From the NCBI GenBank assembly GCA_051294375.1, contig CM119264.1, forward strand, positions 24,282,002 to 24,346,001: a stretch of DNA of 64,000 nucleotides. The letters run 5' to 3'. The translations under genes and the position numbers were made by a program. The notes below the pieces were generated by a model that was given only the letters and a program-made list of their open reading frames with translations, made no database searches and was not told the DNA's origin. This DNA comes from Paraspadella gotoi. Its lineage: Eukaryota; Animalia; Chaetognatha. Numbering within the stretch: the stretch's first letter is position 1; each line of letters starts with the position of its first letter. Of the stretch, positions 45,311-58,689 are shown piece after piece.

Positions 45311-48046
45311 TTTTGTGCCAAAACCCCGCATGTGGATATGCAGTCTCCGCCCGCCCCTTGCGTCCGCCGCGCCCGCATCCCGAAAAAAAAAAAAAAAAAA
45401 AAAAACAAAAAATCTTTTTAAAATCTTTGAATGAGAAAGAGAAAGGATTTAGGGTTAAACACGCAGAGAGGAAGGAAAATCAACAAAAGAAGGAGGATAA
45501 GAGAGAATATCGAGCAGAAAGAGGAAAAGAGGAGGAAAGAGGAAAGAAAAAAGGACGAGGAAGAAAGAGAATAAATTTGAAGAAAAAAAAAAAAAAAAAG
45601 AAAGAAGATGTGAGAATCTGAATTGCCGGCGAGAAAAAAAAATAGGAAATTAGTGCGAACAAAATTTACCCTTCACCCCCCGAATGATTATTAGCTGCAA
45701 AATGAAGAAGAAAAAATTAAGTTTGAAAGGACCCGGAAATTGAAACAATTGCGAAAATGAAGATGGTCCCGGGTTGGGGGGAAAGAAAAAAACAGAAAGG
45801 AGAGAAAGAAGAAACGTAGAAAAAACGAAAAGTAAAAAAAAAAAAACAGTTAAATGAGAAAAGAAAATCCAAAATCAATCTGAAATATAAAAGAAAGATG
45901 GAAATTCTCATGGTAAACGAAGAAAAGCCAACAGAGAGAGAAAAGAAAGAATGCCAGATAAGTGAAGCGAATTTCATTGCAAGAAACATGATGAGAGACC
46001 AAGAAAATCCCGATTCCAAGGACGCAATGTTGAAACAAAGTTTGCGAGGCAAACAATGTCGGGATCTGCCACGTAAATTAAGCGGTATTAGCTGAAATCA
46101 GATATATAAATAGACGGATAATTATTGCCACATTTGTGATCCTAAACTGATCATAACAGATGCGTACCATACCAAACCAGTAATACATGCCAGTTTTCAT
46201 GCATCTTGAACTTTGTTTTGTCTTAGCTTTTTTTGGATGCTCATAGTATGTACTGAATCAAACCTTGTTGAATTCGAAAAAATAAAACGCAATTACAATA
46301 CAAACAAATATTTTTTAACTATATTATTTTTCAACTGCGCATACATTTTTTAACTTGCATCAATTTTTTCAAGGAAAAACGGGTCATTCCAATTAACTTC
46401 AAAATAGGTTAATATGGAGTAAAAAATTCAGAAGGCTGAGCTCCTGACGCGATTACGAAAATGTATTCACTTTAGCCATTTTGATGCATTTACCCCATTT
46501 TATATCGGTTAATTAGTAATATAAAATAAAAGAAAACCTATCTGAAAGAGTTGCAGTCAAACAAAAAGGCCAAGCCATCTGAATATTTTTATGAATTCTT
46601 TATTACTGAATTAGAAAAAATGTAAATAGAGAGACATTTTAAATTCAACTGTGTATCCTTGAAAATGAAACGTTTTTAACTTTAACCCTGGAATTCTATT
46701 TTCTAACGGTAACGCGTTTATCAAAAATGTCTCTCTATTACATTTTTTTACAAATGTGTTTCTTAAGATTGCTAATCAAATTTTCTATTCAATATTATTG
46801 CATCCTTTAGGCTGCCAACTCTTCCAAATTCAGTGTAGATTCATTGTATACTCGAATTTCTTTACCATCTATTAACTGAAGATTTTGTCATGACTGGAAA
46901 ACCAAACAGAGTAAAACGAGTTAATTGTTTAATTTCCCCTTCTAAACTATCCCATACCGTGTTTAACTTTCTTACCTAAAATTTTTTAACAACCAGATTG
47001 AAAAATAAATCTTTAAATAAATGTGCTTACCCATTAACTTAACAATTTTTTTTACTCATTAAAAAAAATATTTGGTGAAAACAGAATGAACACAAATAAA
47101 TAAGAACTTATTTTTTTTGTATTACTTAATGACTATTAATGCATTTCTCGAAATATATTAGCTCTAAACATCAATGATACGTATTTGTTATGCTGAATAC
47201 TCTTTCCTCTTAAACTTGCATCGTTTTTTTAAAAACTCGCATATTTTTTTCAACTTCCATCATTTTTTCAACTAGCATCATTTTTCAAATTGCAACTTTT
47301 TCACTTTAATTAATTAATGAATTAATTTATTAATTTATGAATTAAATAATTATTTTAATAATTAAAAAAATTATGAGGAAGCATAAATAATAAAAATTCA
47401 AGTTCAACTTGACTTTGGTTTTTTCCATGGAAAAACTCATTTCCACTCGCACGATTTCATCGAAACTTTATATCAAACTCAATAACACACTTCCCTACCC
47501 ACACACAAAATTTCCTTTTAATCTAACCATCCAATCACGAGTAATTGGAGTTTTTTGCTAAGGGGGGGCGGACAGCCGGACGGACGGCATATTTCTTTGC
47601 ATATTTTATCATTAATTCGAGTTCTGATATGATTTAAAAATTATTTACCGACAAGATTTTGGGGTGAGACCGACGGACCGACAAAGTGAGTTATCGAGTC
47701 GGAAAAAAGACTAAAAAAAGGTAAACACTAAGCAAGAAATGAACAATAATAAAAAGAGGAAGATGCATTCCTATTTCAACCAAAGCGCTTCTTTTTGTCC
47801 AGATTCACAATCACATCGTTTCTTTTTTCTATCTTTACTATTCCTCTTGATTCTTCTCTATTTCCTCATATTTCCTCCTCGATTCTTTCTTTCTTTCCTT
47901 TTTTTTTACCTCCCCCCTTTTTGTCTTTCTTTTACACAATCTCCTCAATTTTTTCTATTCTCTTCCTCATCATTTTTCGCGATCTTCCTTCCCCGTTTTT
48001 CCCGATATTTTTACCATTTTGCCTTTGCCATATTTTCTCTTTCATG

Positions 48047-48133
<87 letters not shown>

Positions 48134-48494
48134 TCTCTCTCTCTCTCTCTCTCTCTCTCCCATTATCCAGACTTCCACCGCGTCACCCACCTTTCCTTAT
48201 ATTCGCAGATTTCCACCCCCCTTTTTTTTTTTTCTTCTCCCCCCCCAAAAAAAAAATGCCGGAATGTTGATGTCAGCGAAAATGAATATCGCGTCAAAAA
48301 TGGAAAGAAATAGCGCGGCGTCGATTGACCATTTTCCTCCATTTTATTCTCTCCTTTTTTTCTCCCCAATTTTACTCACTTTTCCGTCGCTTTTTTCTTA
48401 TTCCTTCCGTTTTTCGTCTCACTCAATCTTTACGCACTTACCTTTTTTATTTTTATTTTTTTTCGAGTTATTCTAATTGTATTCCATTATCTCT

Positions 48495-48590
<96 letters not shown>

Positions 48591-48871
48591 CCCCGACCCT
48601 TCGCAGCGACGGGGTCTAAAACATAAATGCCAGTCAGTTGCAGAACGATATTCATGTTTCTGATCTCTCGCATATCTTTCTCTCTCTCCCCTTCTCCCCC
48701 TTCTCCTCCCCCTCCCCTTCCTCCCCCAACTTCTCGAATGACAAAAGCGGGCTCGTCCCTCTCTTTGTTTGTTAGACGCTAACAGAGTTTTTACGAGCCG
48801 GCCCGCCCTCGGGATGGAAGCGGCCATCTCATACTTTTCTCAGACCGATTCATTCATATTCCGTCTTTCTT

Positions 48872-48951
<80 letters not shown>

Positions 48952-48955
48952 TCTC

Positions 48956-48991
<36 letters not shown>

Positions 48992-49102
48992 ACTCTCTTT
49001 TCTAGATCTCTGCAAAAAAGCTTTTTCCCGGATATACTTTGCTTTCGCTGTCGTTGTAGTCGTTGTCATCGTCGCCGATTTCAAAGTCTTTTCGTGACTG
49101 TG

Positions 49103-49135
<33 letters not shown>

Positions 49136-49965
49136 GTCGTCGTCGTTCCCGTCATCGTCTTCGTCGTCCTTATTTTCGCAATCATCATTGGTAATTGGTA
49201 AATCTCTTTCAATCATAGAGAATGAAGGGACAAAGCATTTTGGTAAAAATGTCGTCATGGTGATCTTCGTCATTATCACATCAACGTTATCATTCGTCAT
49301 CCTGGTGAAATTCGTCAACGTTCTCAACCTCGTTGTCATCGTCTTCGTTGTCATTATCATCGTCCTCATCGTCATCATCTCCAATCGTCGTCATCGTCGT
49401 CTTCTCCGTCAACGGGCCAAATATTCTTGGCTGGAAAGGAGCCACTTAACTCCATCCAAGTAATGGCTTCGCGCTTCCGCCGCATTTTCGAATTCGTTTC
49501 CCCGCGTCAAAGTTTTGAACTCGGTAAGCGACTCTCTCCTTACCCCCACTACGTTTTCCTAACTCCTTTTCTTAAAAGCTTTTTTTCCTTTTTTCATAAT
49601 CGCTTCTTTCCTCTCTTCCCTTCCTTTCTTCTTTTTTCTCCTTTCCTCATCAAACATTCGCCTTTCTGCACATTTAATTCCGTCCTTCCCCTAAATCACC
49701 GATCGTTAAGAACCCTTTCGCGAGACTAACCCCCAAATCCACAAACCGATTCCCAAGAGATGATCCCAAACCCCCCCTCTCAACAACAACCTTCGCCAGT
49801 TCCTCCCCCCTTTCCCCCCTTCCTTTTACTCCAGCTCAGATGTAGTGCCAAGAAAGTTCAATCAAATCCACGTTTAAACAGAATCGAAACGGAATTCAGT
49901 GGGAACCGTCTGGGTCGTCGAGGGAACTAATGCCAGATTGTCTCGCACTTGTTTAGAGGGGGTGT

Positions 49966-50036
<71 letters not shown>

Positions 50037-50367
50037 AGAGAGGAGAGAGAGAGAGAGAATGAGAGAGAGAGAGAGAGAGGAGAGAAGAGAGAGAGAGAGA
50101 GGAGGAGATTTATAGGTTGTNNNNNNNNNNNNNNNNNNNNNNNNNATGATCCCAAACCCCCCCTCTCAACAACAACCTTCGCCAGTTCCTCCCCCCTTTG
50201 CCCCCCCTTCCTCTTTACTCCAGCTCAGATGTAGTGCCAAGAAAGTCCAATCAAATCCACGTTTAAACAGAATCGAAACGGAATTCAGTTGGGAACCGTC
50301 TGGTCGTCGAGGGAACTAATGCCAGATTGTCTCGCACTTGTTTAGAGGGGGTGTCAAGAGGAAGAGC

Positions 50368-50441
<74 letters not shown>

Positions 50442-50499
50442 TTTATTAGGTGATTTACAGTCTCAAATCCCGGAGTTTACAGTCTCAAAATCCCGGAGC

Positions 50500-50540
50500 C
50501 AAATCAGCCAATCAGCGAATCGAAAGCCGAGTGACGTCAT
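50500..50540 (+). promoter_or_regulatory. CCAAT box plus CRE palindrome upstream of the FYB-like coding exon (duplicate at ~38500-38545)
   Basis: GCCAATC at ~50507-50513 and TGACGTCA at 50532-50539. Motif presence only; function untested. Confidence 0.3.
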
Positions 50541-51026
50541 CAACTCGTTTACTGATCGAACTTGATTTCGCGACGACGACGATAGCGACGACAACGACGA
50601 TGACGACGATCGCGTTGACGATGAGTACGACGACGATGATTATCACGACGAAAACGACGACGACGATGAAAACGACGATCACGACGAATAGAATAATTCA
50701 ATTCCAAAATCCCAATGACTCAAAAAGAAGAAGAGAATAAGAAAGAACCAGTCGAAGGAAAAAAAAACCTGCTGGTGGCGAAAGAATAAAAAGATACAAT
50801 ATCCTCGCTTTTTGACTTTAGTTTTTCCTGACGGAATTTCGTGAAAAAATTGAAAACAAAAAAATTTAGAAATAAAAACCTGAAAAACACAAATGGAAAA
50901 CTCGATTTTTTTTCGGGGTTCGAAAAAAAAACCAATATAAGATTCAAATCGAATTTCCCGAGTTTTCACGCCACCTCACTTCACTACCTTCTCCCCTTAA
51001 AACACCCAGCCTCACCCGCATCGAAA

Positions 51027-54000
51027 ATGAGCTCACCTCGTCCTGGTAAATTAAAGAGCCCTTTCCTCGACGGATCTGTGTCCCTCAAGCGAGTCTCGGT
51101 CGAGGATCGCCAACGCCTCGGTCTCGGCGGCAGCCCCCTCGCCGGACCCGAAGCCGAAAAGGACTCGGCTCAGCCGAGGCTGGCGCCGCGAGGCAACCAG
51201 GTCAATCCTCGCAGCGCCGACGCTGGCACCGCGGGCACTGCCGCGGTAAAAACGACGCCTCGGCGGCCGTCGGGTAATTTGACGCCGCTTGCCTCGAAGG
51301 AGGAGCTGCAGGCGGCGCTGATGAAGCGACAGCGCAGCATCGAAATGAATACAAAAAGCGACAGCAATAACAACAGCAGCAGCAGCAACGCGACGACGAC
51401 GCCGCCGTCACGTTTAGGACTCAGATCAAATCCGCAAAGAAAATCAGCGCCTTTGGTCGAAAATGAAGTGGAAAGCGACAACGACGATAACATCTATGAC
51501 GACGGAGGTGAAGACAACGTATCTCAAAGAAAGTCTCCGGCGCCTCGTCCTGGACCCAAACCGAAAACCGCATGGGCTCCGGTGGTCGAGCACACCGTAG
51601 AAAGCGACGACGATAGCATATACGACGAAGGGGGTGACGAGGAATTGAACAAAAAGGCCATGGCACCTCGTCCTGGACCGAAACCGAAGTCAAAACCGTC
51701 ACAGCAGGAGGAGAAAGCCGTGGAGAGCGACGATGATCAAATCTACGACGAGGCATTCGGCGACAACGAAACGGTCTTCACCTACCGACGGCTGCAGCTG
51801 CCGCCGCAAGGACCGCCGCCGGAAATTCCCGCATGGCCGCCGAAGGTTTTCCTGCCGCCGCTGGGAAAGCGCGGTCCGCATCACAACTCTGCGCTGAAGG
51901 AAGAGAACGAGAGGAAAAGAAAGTCGTCGACGGCGACGACGAAGTCGGACTTCGCCGCCGATGACGCCACCGATTCCAAGCCTTCGGTTCCATCGCGCCG
52001 CGAACATAAGATTCAGCAGCGGAATCAAACGGCGCCCGATTCCGACGAAGCGGAAATCTACGACGATATGTTCGACGAAGACGCACCCATGCGGCCACTG
52101 GCGCCGGTGCGACCGCCAAAGACGCCGGCACGCTCACCGAAAATGACGATAACTCCGTCGTCGAGCGAGGAAAACACGCCGGAGCCGCCGCCGCGGCCGG
52201 CGGTCGCAGCGAGAAGAGCGCCGCCGACGGTGAGACCCCTGACGCCGCCGAGTCCCACGACCGAAGACCACTACTCCGTCGCCGAAATCGATGGCGGCGG
52301 CGAAAGCGGCGGCGAAAATGTGTACGACGATAACGCAAAGCCGAACGGCAGCGACGAAAGCAGCGGCGAACTCTACGACGAACACCTTCCCGAGACGACG
52401 ATCGCCGCGGCGAAGACGACGACGAAAACGACGAAAAAAGGATCGAAACTCGCGACGCTACTCAAGTCGAAATCTAAAATGGCGCCGGAAGATGACGGCG
52501 CCGGAAGGAAAGACGCCGACGACGCCGCAGATGGAACGGGATCGGAACTGGCGTCGCCGACGTCGCCGACCGACAAACGCGCCGCCGACGCCCGACGCCG
52601 CTTCAACGTGACCGAGGAGGAGATGAAGTCGGAGTTCAAAGCCGTCGTCAAACAGAGAGTATCTCCCAAGTGGATCAAAGGAGGCGATTATCTCAGTCTC
52701 AAGGAAGGAGAAGAAGTTTTTATCATAAGGCGAGTAGAAATATCATTAATTAATATTTAATTTCATCGGGAATAATGAAAAAAAAATATTCACAGTGACT
52801 CCGTAGCGGGAATTGCCTGATGTCCAGGTTTTTAAACTTCGTTCCCCCTCTTAAGACTGTGATTCGGGGTGTCGAGACATTTCTACCACCAAGTAACGGG
52901 TTCATTTCCAATTCGTTGAGGCAACTTATACTATAAGTTATAGTCCTTTTACAATAAGTTATAGTCCTTATACTATAAATTAGAGTCCTTATTCTATAAG
53001 TTATAATCTTTAGATTCTCCCGAACCTTTTTTCAACCTCGAGATGAGATTTAAGAAGTTACGGATGATTTTCGCCTCACGTTGAAAATATTTAAGACTTT
53101 TTACACTTTAAATATTGTAACTTGTGAAACGTTTTGACTTGTAAAAAACATTGTGAGGCCTGCGTGGGTAAAGTTTGTGAAGAGATTCCGAGGGGGTTTG
53201 AGAGTTTTTGGCTGTGAGGGTTCCATGATTATGAAGGGTGAGCTGGAGCTTAAGAAATAAGCGAAGAGGCGGAGCGAATCTAATTTGAAAGGCGATGAAA
53301 AAAACTTTTGGAGAATAAAAAAGTTTAATGAAGTTTTTCTCTCCTGGATTTCCGAGGGAATAAAGAAAATTACTGAAAACCATTAGCGGAGAGCCTTGCA
53401 AATGAAACGGCCATTTTCAGACATTAATCGAAATGTTTTTCTGAAAAAAAAAAGAGAATAAAAAAGAAAAAAAAAAGAAAAATCTCTGCTGTCAGAAAGG
53501 AACGTTAAATATTCTCTCTCTCTCGAATAAACCTCCACTGTAGGTCCTCCAGGGTATTCTATAAGGCCAGTACTAGAAAATGATTTTAATACTTGAATGA
53601 CTTGCTCCTAGTCTAAAACTGGCCCATAGAGTCAGCAAATGCCAATGCAGACCCTAGGAACTAGATCAGTTTTTGAATAATCGATCCTTCGCCCCAAAAC
53701 AGAATGAAGATGAAGAAGGGTGGCTCCTGGTTGGTCCGCACCGCCGCCGGCAAAGTTGGCCTCGTCGACAACAAGCATCTGGAGTTGAAGGACATGGAGA
53801 AGGTGAAGACTTTGGCCAGGAAGTCGGTGGACTCCAAGAGCGGCGCCGATTCCGACGTCAGAGCCCGAGCCGACGACGACGAAGACGGCGAATTGTACGA
53901 CGAAGCGAACCACAAAGTCGACGACAACGCCATCTGCGAAGACGACGATTTCGACGACGATTTCGACGACGATATTTACGACGACCACGAAAACAACGAC

Positions 54001-54060
54001 GATATTTACGACGACGAAATCTGCGCCGTCGAGGAAAAACTTTACGACCTCGTGGATTGA
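51027..54060 (+). CDS. FYB/ADAP-family-like cytoplasmic adaptor: Pro-rich, multiple acidic YD motifs, helically extended SH3 (hSH3); ~686 aa, 2 coding exons
   Basis: Exon 51027-52729 (ATG follows an acceptor at 51008-51009) joins exon 53703-54060 through AG|GCGAGT...CAG. The junction reads RRRFNVTEEEMKSEFKAVVKQRV...KGGDYLSLKEGEEVFIIR/MKMKKGGSWLVRTAAGKVGLVDNKHLEL, matching the recalled ADAP hSH3 pattern (KGGKNELSFKQGE..EIIR....GKWL.RT..G..G). Motifs include IYDDG, IYDEG, IYDEA, IYDDM, VYDDN, LYDEH and PPPRP. Confidence 0.8.
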
Positions 54061-54099
54061 ATTACTGAGAGAACGGAAACCGGGTAAGAAAGAAAGAGA

Positions 54100-54103
54100 G
54101 AAA

Positions 54104-54194
<91 letters not shown>

Positions 54195-54270
54195 AAAAAA
54201 AATAACAAAATAACAAAATAACAAAATAACAAAATAACAAAATAACAAAATAACAAAATAACAAAATAAA
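54100..54270. repeat. (AAAT)n/(AAAATAAC)n tract directly after the FYB-like stop (also 42105-42390); supplies many AATAAA hexamers
   Basis: Direct observation. Confidence 0.85.
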
Positions 54271-54922
54271 AAAAACAAATATTAAATAAATAAGAATATC
54301 GAGAAAGACAAAGTTGATTCAAGTGGGAAAACAGCTCAACAGTTCTAACTAAATGTAAAGAAACCTGATCCACTCATTGTAGTATTGTAGTACTACTAAC
54401 CAATAAATAAGAGGAATTAAGAATTGTTACTAACTTTCTTCGTTCTTTATTGGCGATTAGTGCTTTGCGTTGGAAATTGTTTACAATCCAGAAATACAAG
54501 TTTTATTTATTGAACATAATCAACATATTGTTGATCTATTGTTGATTTTTTTTTCTAGTTAGGCATTTATGATGACAAACGATATAAAAGTATCGTTCTT
54601 GTTTTGATTTCCTTGCATTACTGCAGATGCAAAAAATACAAAATGCAAACATTTTTTTTTCTGCTAAAATTATATAAAAACAAATTATCGAAAAAAAAAT
54701 GGACGAAGAAGAAGATGAAATATCCAAAATCTCAACTGCGTCAACCTCGACATTTTTGTAGTCTTACGAGTTGATGTTCAGATCTCTTCATCTTACTAGG
54801 AAGACTACGGCGATGACGATGACGACAACAATAACAACTTCGTGGGCGTTGACAAGTCGCTGTCTCTGAAAGGAAAAAAGCTTCAGACGATGAAAAGATG
54901 AACGGATGAGGAATTGAAGAGT

Positions 54923-54962
<40 letters not shown>

Positions 54963-55306
54963 TTTCTTTCAACCAAACTCTAAAAATAAGAATCGTGAGA
55001 AGACCTTTGAATCCAAGGACGTGAGAATCAAGATCGAGACAAAAAACCCATTTTACTTTTTTTTTTCCAAGGATGTCGAAAGGTCGTCCACTTTCGGGCA
55101 AGGAAACCTGTCGAGTAATCGTGGTGGGAAATCTTATACGAGGAACGCATTAATAAGAAGTCATCATCAAACGACAATTTATTGTGTCCTATAATTTTAT
55201 TTACTGCACTTTTGGATTTTTTTTTAATTAAAGATAATTACAGATAATCCCTAGAACAAAATGCTAGTCAAATTTATTTGTAAATAAACAGAAGAAATCT
55301 CTTTTA

Positions 55307-55617
55307 CACTGCGGCGAAAAAAAAATAGCCACTTTTTCACTTCGAAAAAAAACAACCGGATTGGATGGATAAATTTTACAAATATATAGAAACATAAGAC
55401 AAAGCTTATTGAAAAGCGATTGGTCAAAGTCCCAATAAAATCGAGCAAAGGGGTTCTAAAGCTTTAGATGATAAGTCGATTGGTACAAAAATCGAAAAAG
55501 TAGAAATTAGTTTTCGTTAAAAAAAGTCAATAACTTTTCCCTATTAAAAATATTTATAATATAAAATTTTGGGGTATTTAAAGCTAACCAGTGGCTACTT
55601 TTTTTTGCGCCTCAGTG
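55307..55617. mobile_element. TA-flanked MITE (Tc1/mariner-type non-autonomous element)
   Basis: TA|CACTGCGGCGAAAAAAAAATAGCCACT ... AGTGGCTACTTTTTTTTGCGCCTCAGTG|TA: ~28-bp imperfect TIRs with a TA target duplication. Confidence 0.75.
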
Positions 55618-57701
55618 TACACTGTACAGGTCGGGACGTCTTTGAAACGTCGTTGTTGTCCTTATTGTTGTTTGCTCAAAAACCATCGCAGAAATGTGTC
55701 CTTCGGCGCCACGTGAGCGTCACGTGCGCGTCAGTGACGGCATTACCGAATCGTCTCGTCGCGTTACGGATCGCCGAAGATCACGCAAGGAAATCCCTTT
55801 GGACGCGTAAACGAGGAAAAAACGCGCGTCGAGCGTCGAAAGCGTCAGAGGCCAAAAAAACCTTTACACATTCCGACGTTCGGGACTTGGCTTCTTTCTT
55901 TACTCAAGTTTTCGGTCTCTCTTCTATCTCGGCTCATTTCTTGCGATACATCATATCTAAATCTTACCTTTTATCTCTTCATTCTTGGGTTCTATCTTAC
56001 CTACTACTATTTTCATTTCTATCTCACTTTATCGCTCGTTTTTTATCTCGATTTCTCCCTAAGCTTCTATAATGCCATCTTTCTCCTCTTGCTTCCTTGC
56101 TTTATATCTTGCTCTCTCTTCTCCGATTTTTGTCTTAGCTTTTTATCTTCATCGCGTTCCCAACTTTTTCACCTGCAATCTGACTTTCGGGGAAAAGAGA
56201 AAGAAGGAAACATATAGCAGAGGGCTACGAAGTCATTTTTCCAAGGGCGAACCTATTTTTCCTCCTCACGTTTTACTGTATTTTTTTTTATGTACAACGA
56301 GAAAAAAAACAAACGGAAGAATCTCGACTGTTAGATGAACTCGAGAGATTTTTCGAGGCCAAATCCGTTTTTCTCGTTTGTTTGTGAAATCTTGCTAGTA
56401 TGTATTTCTCTTTAAATTAATTCTATTACAAGCATTTTAAAATGAGAGTATAGATTTAAAACGTGTTTAGATTTAAAAGATGATAAGCTTTTCCACCGCC
56501 AAAATCGCATATATTTTATATTGATCAATTCTGAATAACAACGATAGATTTTCAACGTTTATTGATAAATGTCCCGCCTTTTCTTTCCCGCCTTTCCGGA
56601 AGGTATCACAAACCGAAACCCCTCCCCATTTTCCACCAAGCTCTTTCGAACGTTTACTCACGCCACTCCAACCACCCTAGAACCACCTTTCCCACTCTTT
56701 CTACCCCCTTCTCTCTTCTCTTTCGCTCGTTTGTTCCGATTTTCTTCTCCAAATTTTTTTTTATCCCAGTGACGTCATAGAGACGCGACCTCCGCTGTTC
56801 ACTTGTTTTCCATCTCATATTTCGCGATATCGTGAATTCACCGGGGGGAGAAGGAAATTTTAAGAGGTTGCCGAGTGGATTGTAGCGAACGAGAAAGTAG
56901 GGAATAAATCGTTGAAAGGAAATAGAGAAGTTAAGAAATAAGCGCGGAAAAAAAAAACATCGTTAGGTCGCTTCGGCACCAATTATTACGACAAGCTTCA
57001 TCTATCTTTTTATTCAACGCCATGCCATGCCATGCCAGGCCTAAGTCTTCGTCCCGGCTAATTGCTAGCAATTAGCCGATCTTTTCAAGGCGCCAACTTT
57101 AGTCCTGACGATCGCGCATAACTTAGCATCGCTGATCGATTGTCGCATCAAAACTCGATGAAGTCATTGTCAGGCGTTGACAAAATTGTCATCACGAATT
57201 GATGACATTGACGGTCATCACTTTATTTTCATAAAACTCTGCGAAGCATTGATTTTACTGGATCTTTGCTTATTGTGTTTCGTATCGTTTTTTTTGCTTT
57301 AGTATTATCTTTTCTTTTAAAAATATACTAATTTTTTGACTTATTTTCTAATTAATGGACCACAAGCAAACAATTTAGATATATTCTAACTTCGCCTCAG
57401 TTCAGATGTGAAAGATGTAAAGATGAAAGATATTAATAGAAAACTAAGAAAAACAAGGTTATGGTAATAAACTCTTCTCTGAAATGTAAAAGTTTTACCT
57501 GTCAAAAAGGGAATTGTTTATACTTAGGGATTCTATTTGTCCATTTGTCCGAACAGCTCTCTGCTCTCTAGACAGGAGAAAAATATAAAGTTGTAACTTC
57601 TTTGGCGCCTCAGCAGCCATGAAACGGGTCCTAGGGGTTGGAACGAGACTTGGGGGTTTTCCAGGCCCCTTAGGTGGTTCACGTCCGTCCTCACGCTTCT
57701 C

Positions 57702-57758
57702 ACAGGGTAGGTACAGGGTAGGTACAGGGTAGGTACAGGGTAGGTACAGGGTAGGTAC
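57702..57758. repeat. 11-bp tandem repeat (ACAGGGTAGGT)x5
   Basis: Direct observation. Confidence 0.9.
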
Positions 57759-58236
57759 TCAGTACACTATAAACTCTCCGCGGATATCTGAAGGCTGTTA
57801 TAATTATAATATAATATAATAATAATAATAATAATTATAATATAATAATTATAATAATACTTGATATCTGAAGGCTGTTATCATCGAAAAATATCTGTAC
57901 ATTTTTTGGAATTATCTTTGTCTAATCTTAAGAAAATAAAACAGAAAAAAAAAAAACGAAAACAAAAACAAAGAAAAAAAATGAGAAAGAGAAATCGAGA
58001 AGACGATGCGGGGAAGAGAGGATCCAATCCCTGGGTAAACGCGGGAAGCCGGGAGGCAAGCAGAAGGCAAGCATAAGCTCGAAAGGAGAAAAATCAAGCA
58101 TAAGCCAAGCAGAAGGAGAGAAGCAGTAGGAAACCATAATAAATTCAAGAAAAAAAAAAGGAATACGTAATTAATGGAGAGAGAATGAGAGAGAGAGCGT
58201 GAGAGAGAGAACAGTGGCGAGCATATTGACATAGAA

Positions 58237-58278
<42 letters not shown>

Positions 58279-58689
58279 GGGGGAAAATGCCGGAGGAAAA
58301 GACGATAACGCGTTTATTATGATTTCGATCAATAAAGAATCACGTGACTCAAAAATCCCGCGCTGCGGAGAGAGGACACTAATACAGTGTTTTACATTCA
58401 ATCCATTATTAAACATCATCATCATCTTCATCATCATTTGTCGTCATCGACTTCATCTTCAACATCGTCGTCATCGGCTTCACTGTCGACAGTGTCGAGG
58501 TCAACTACAACACGACCAAGACGACAGCGCGACTGCATGATGAGTATTTATCGCCTTGATATTTATAAAATAAAAAGTTGAACTCGATTATCGATCTTGT
58601 TACATCATTTATTAACACGCAAAGTAAGTGAATGAATTAAGATCCATAGGAAATTAATATAAAAACCAACAAATGTCGACACTTGGTCC

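Larger units (their letters stand above)
45333..55062 (+). repeat. Copy B of ~9.5 kb near-tandem duplication
   Basis: Matches 33835-43192. It has a 25-N gap at 50121-50145, and ~300 bp is locally re-duplicated across that gap (50146-50450 vs ~49760-50120). Confidence 0.9.

Noticed and set aside
50841-51026. N-terminal extension of the 639-aa ORF from a GTG start
   Set aside because: AT-rich intron-like sequence ending in an acceptor at 51008-51009; the first ATG is at 51027.
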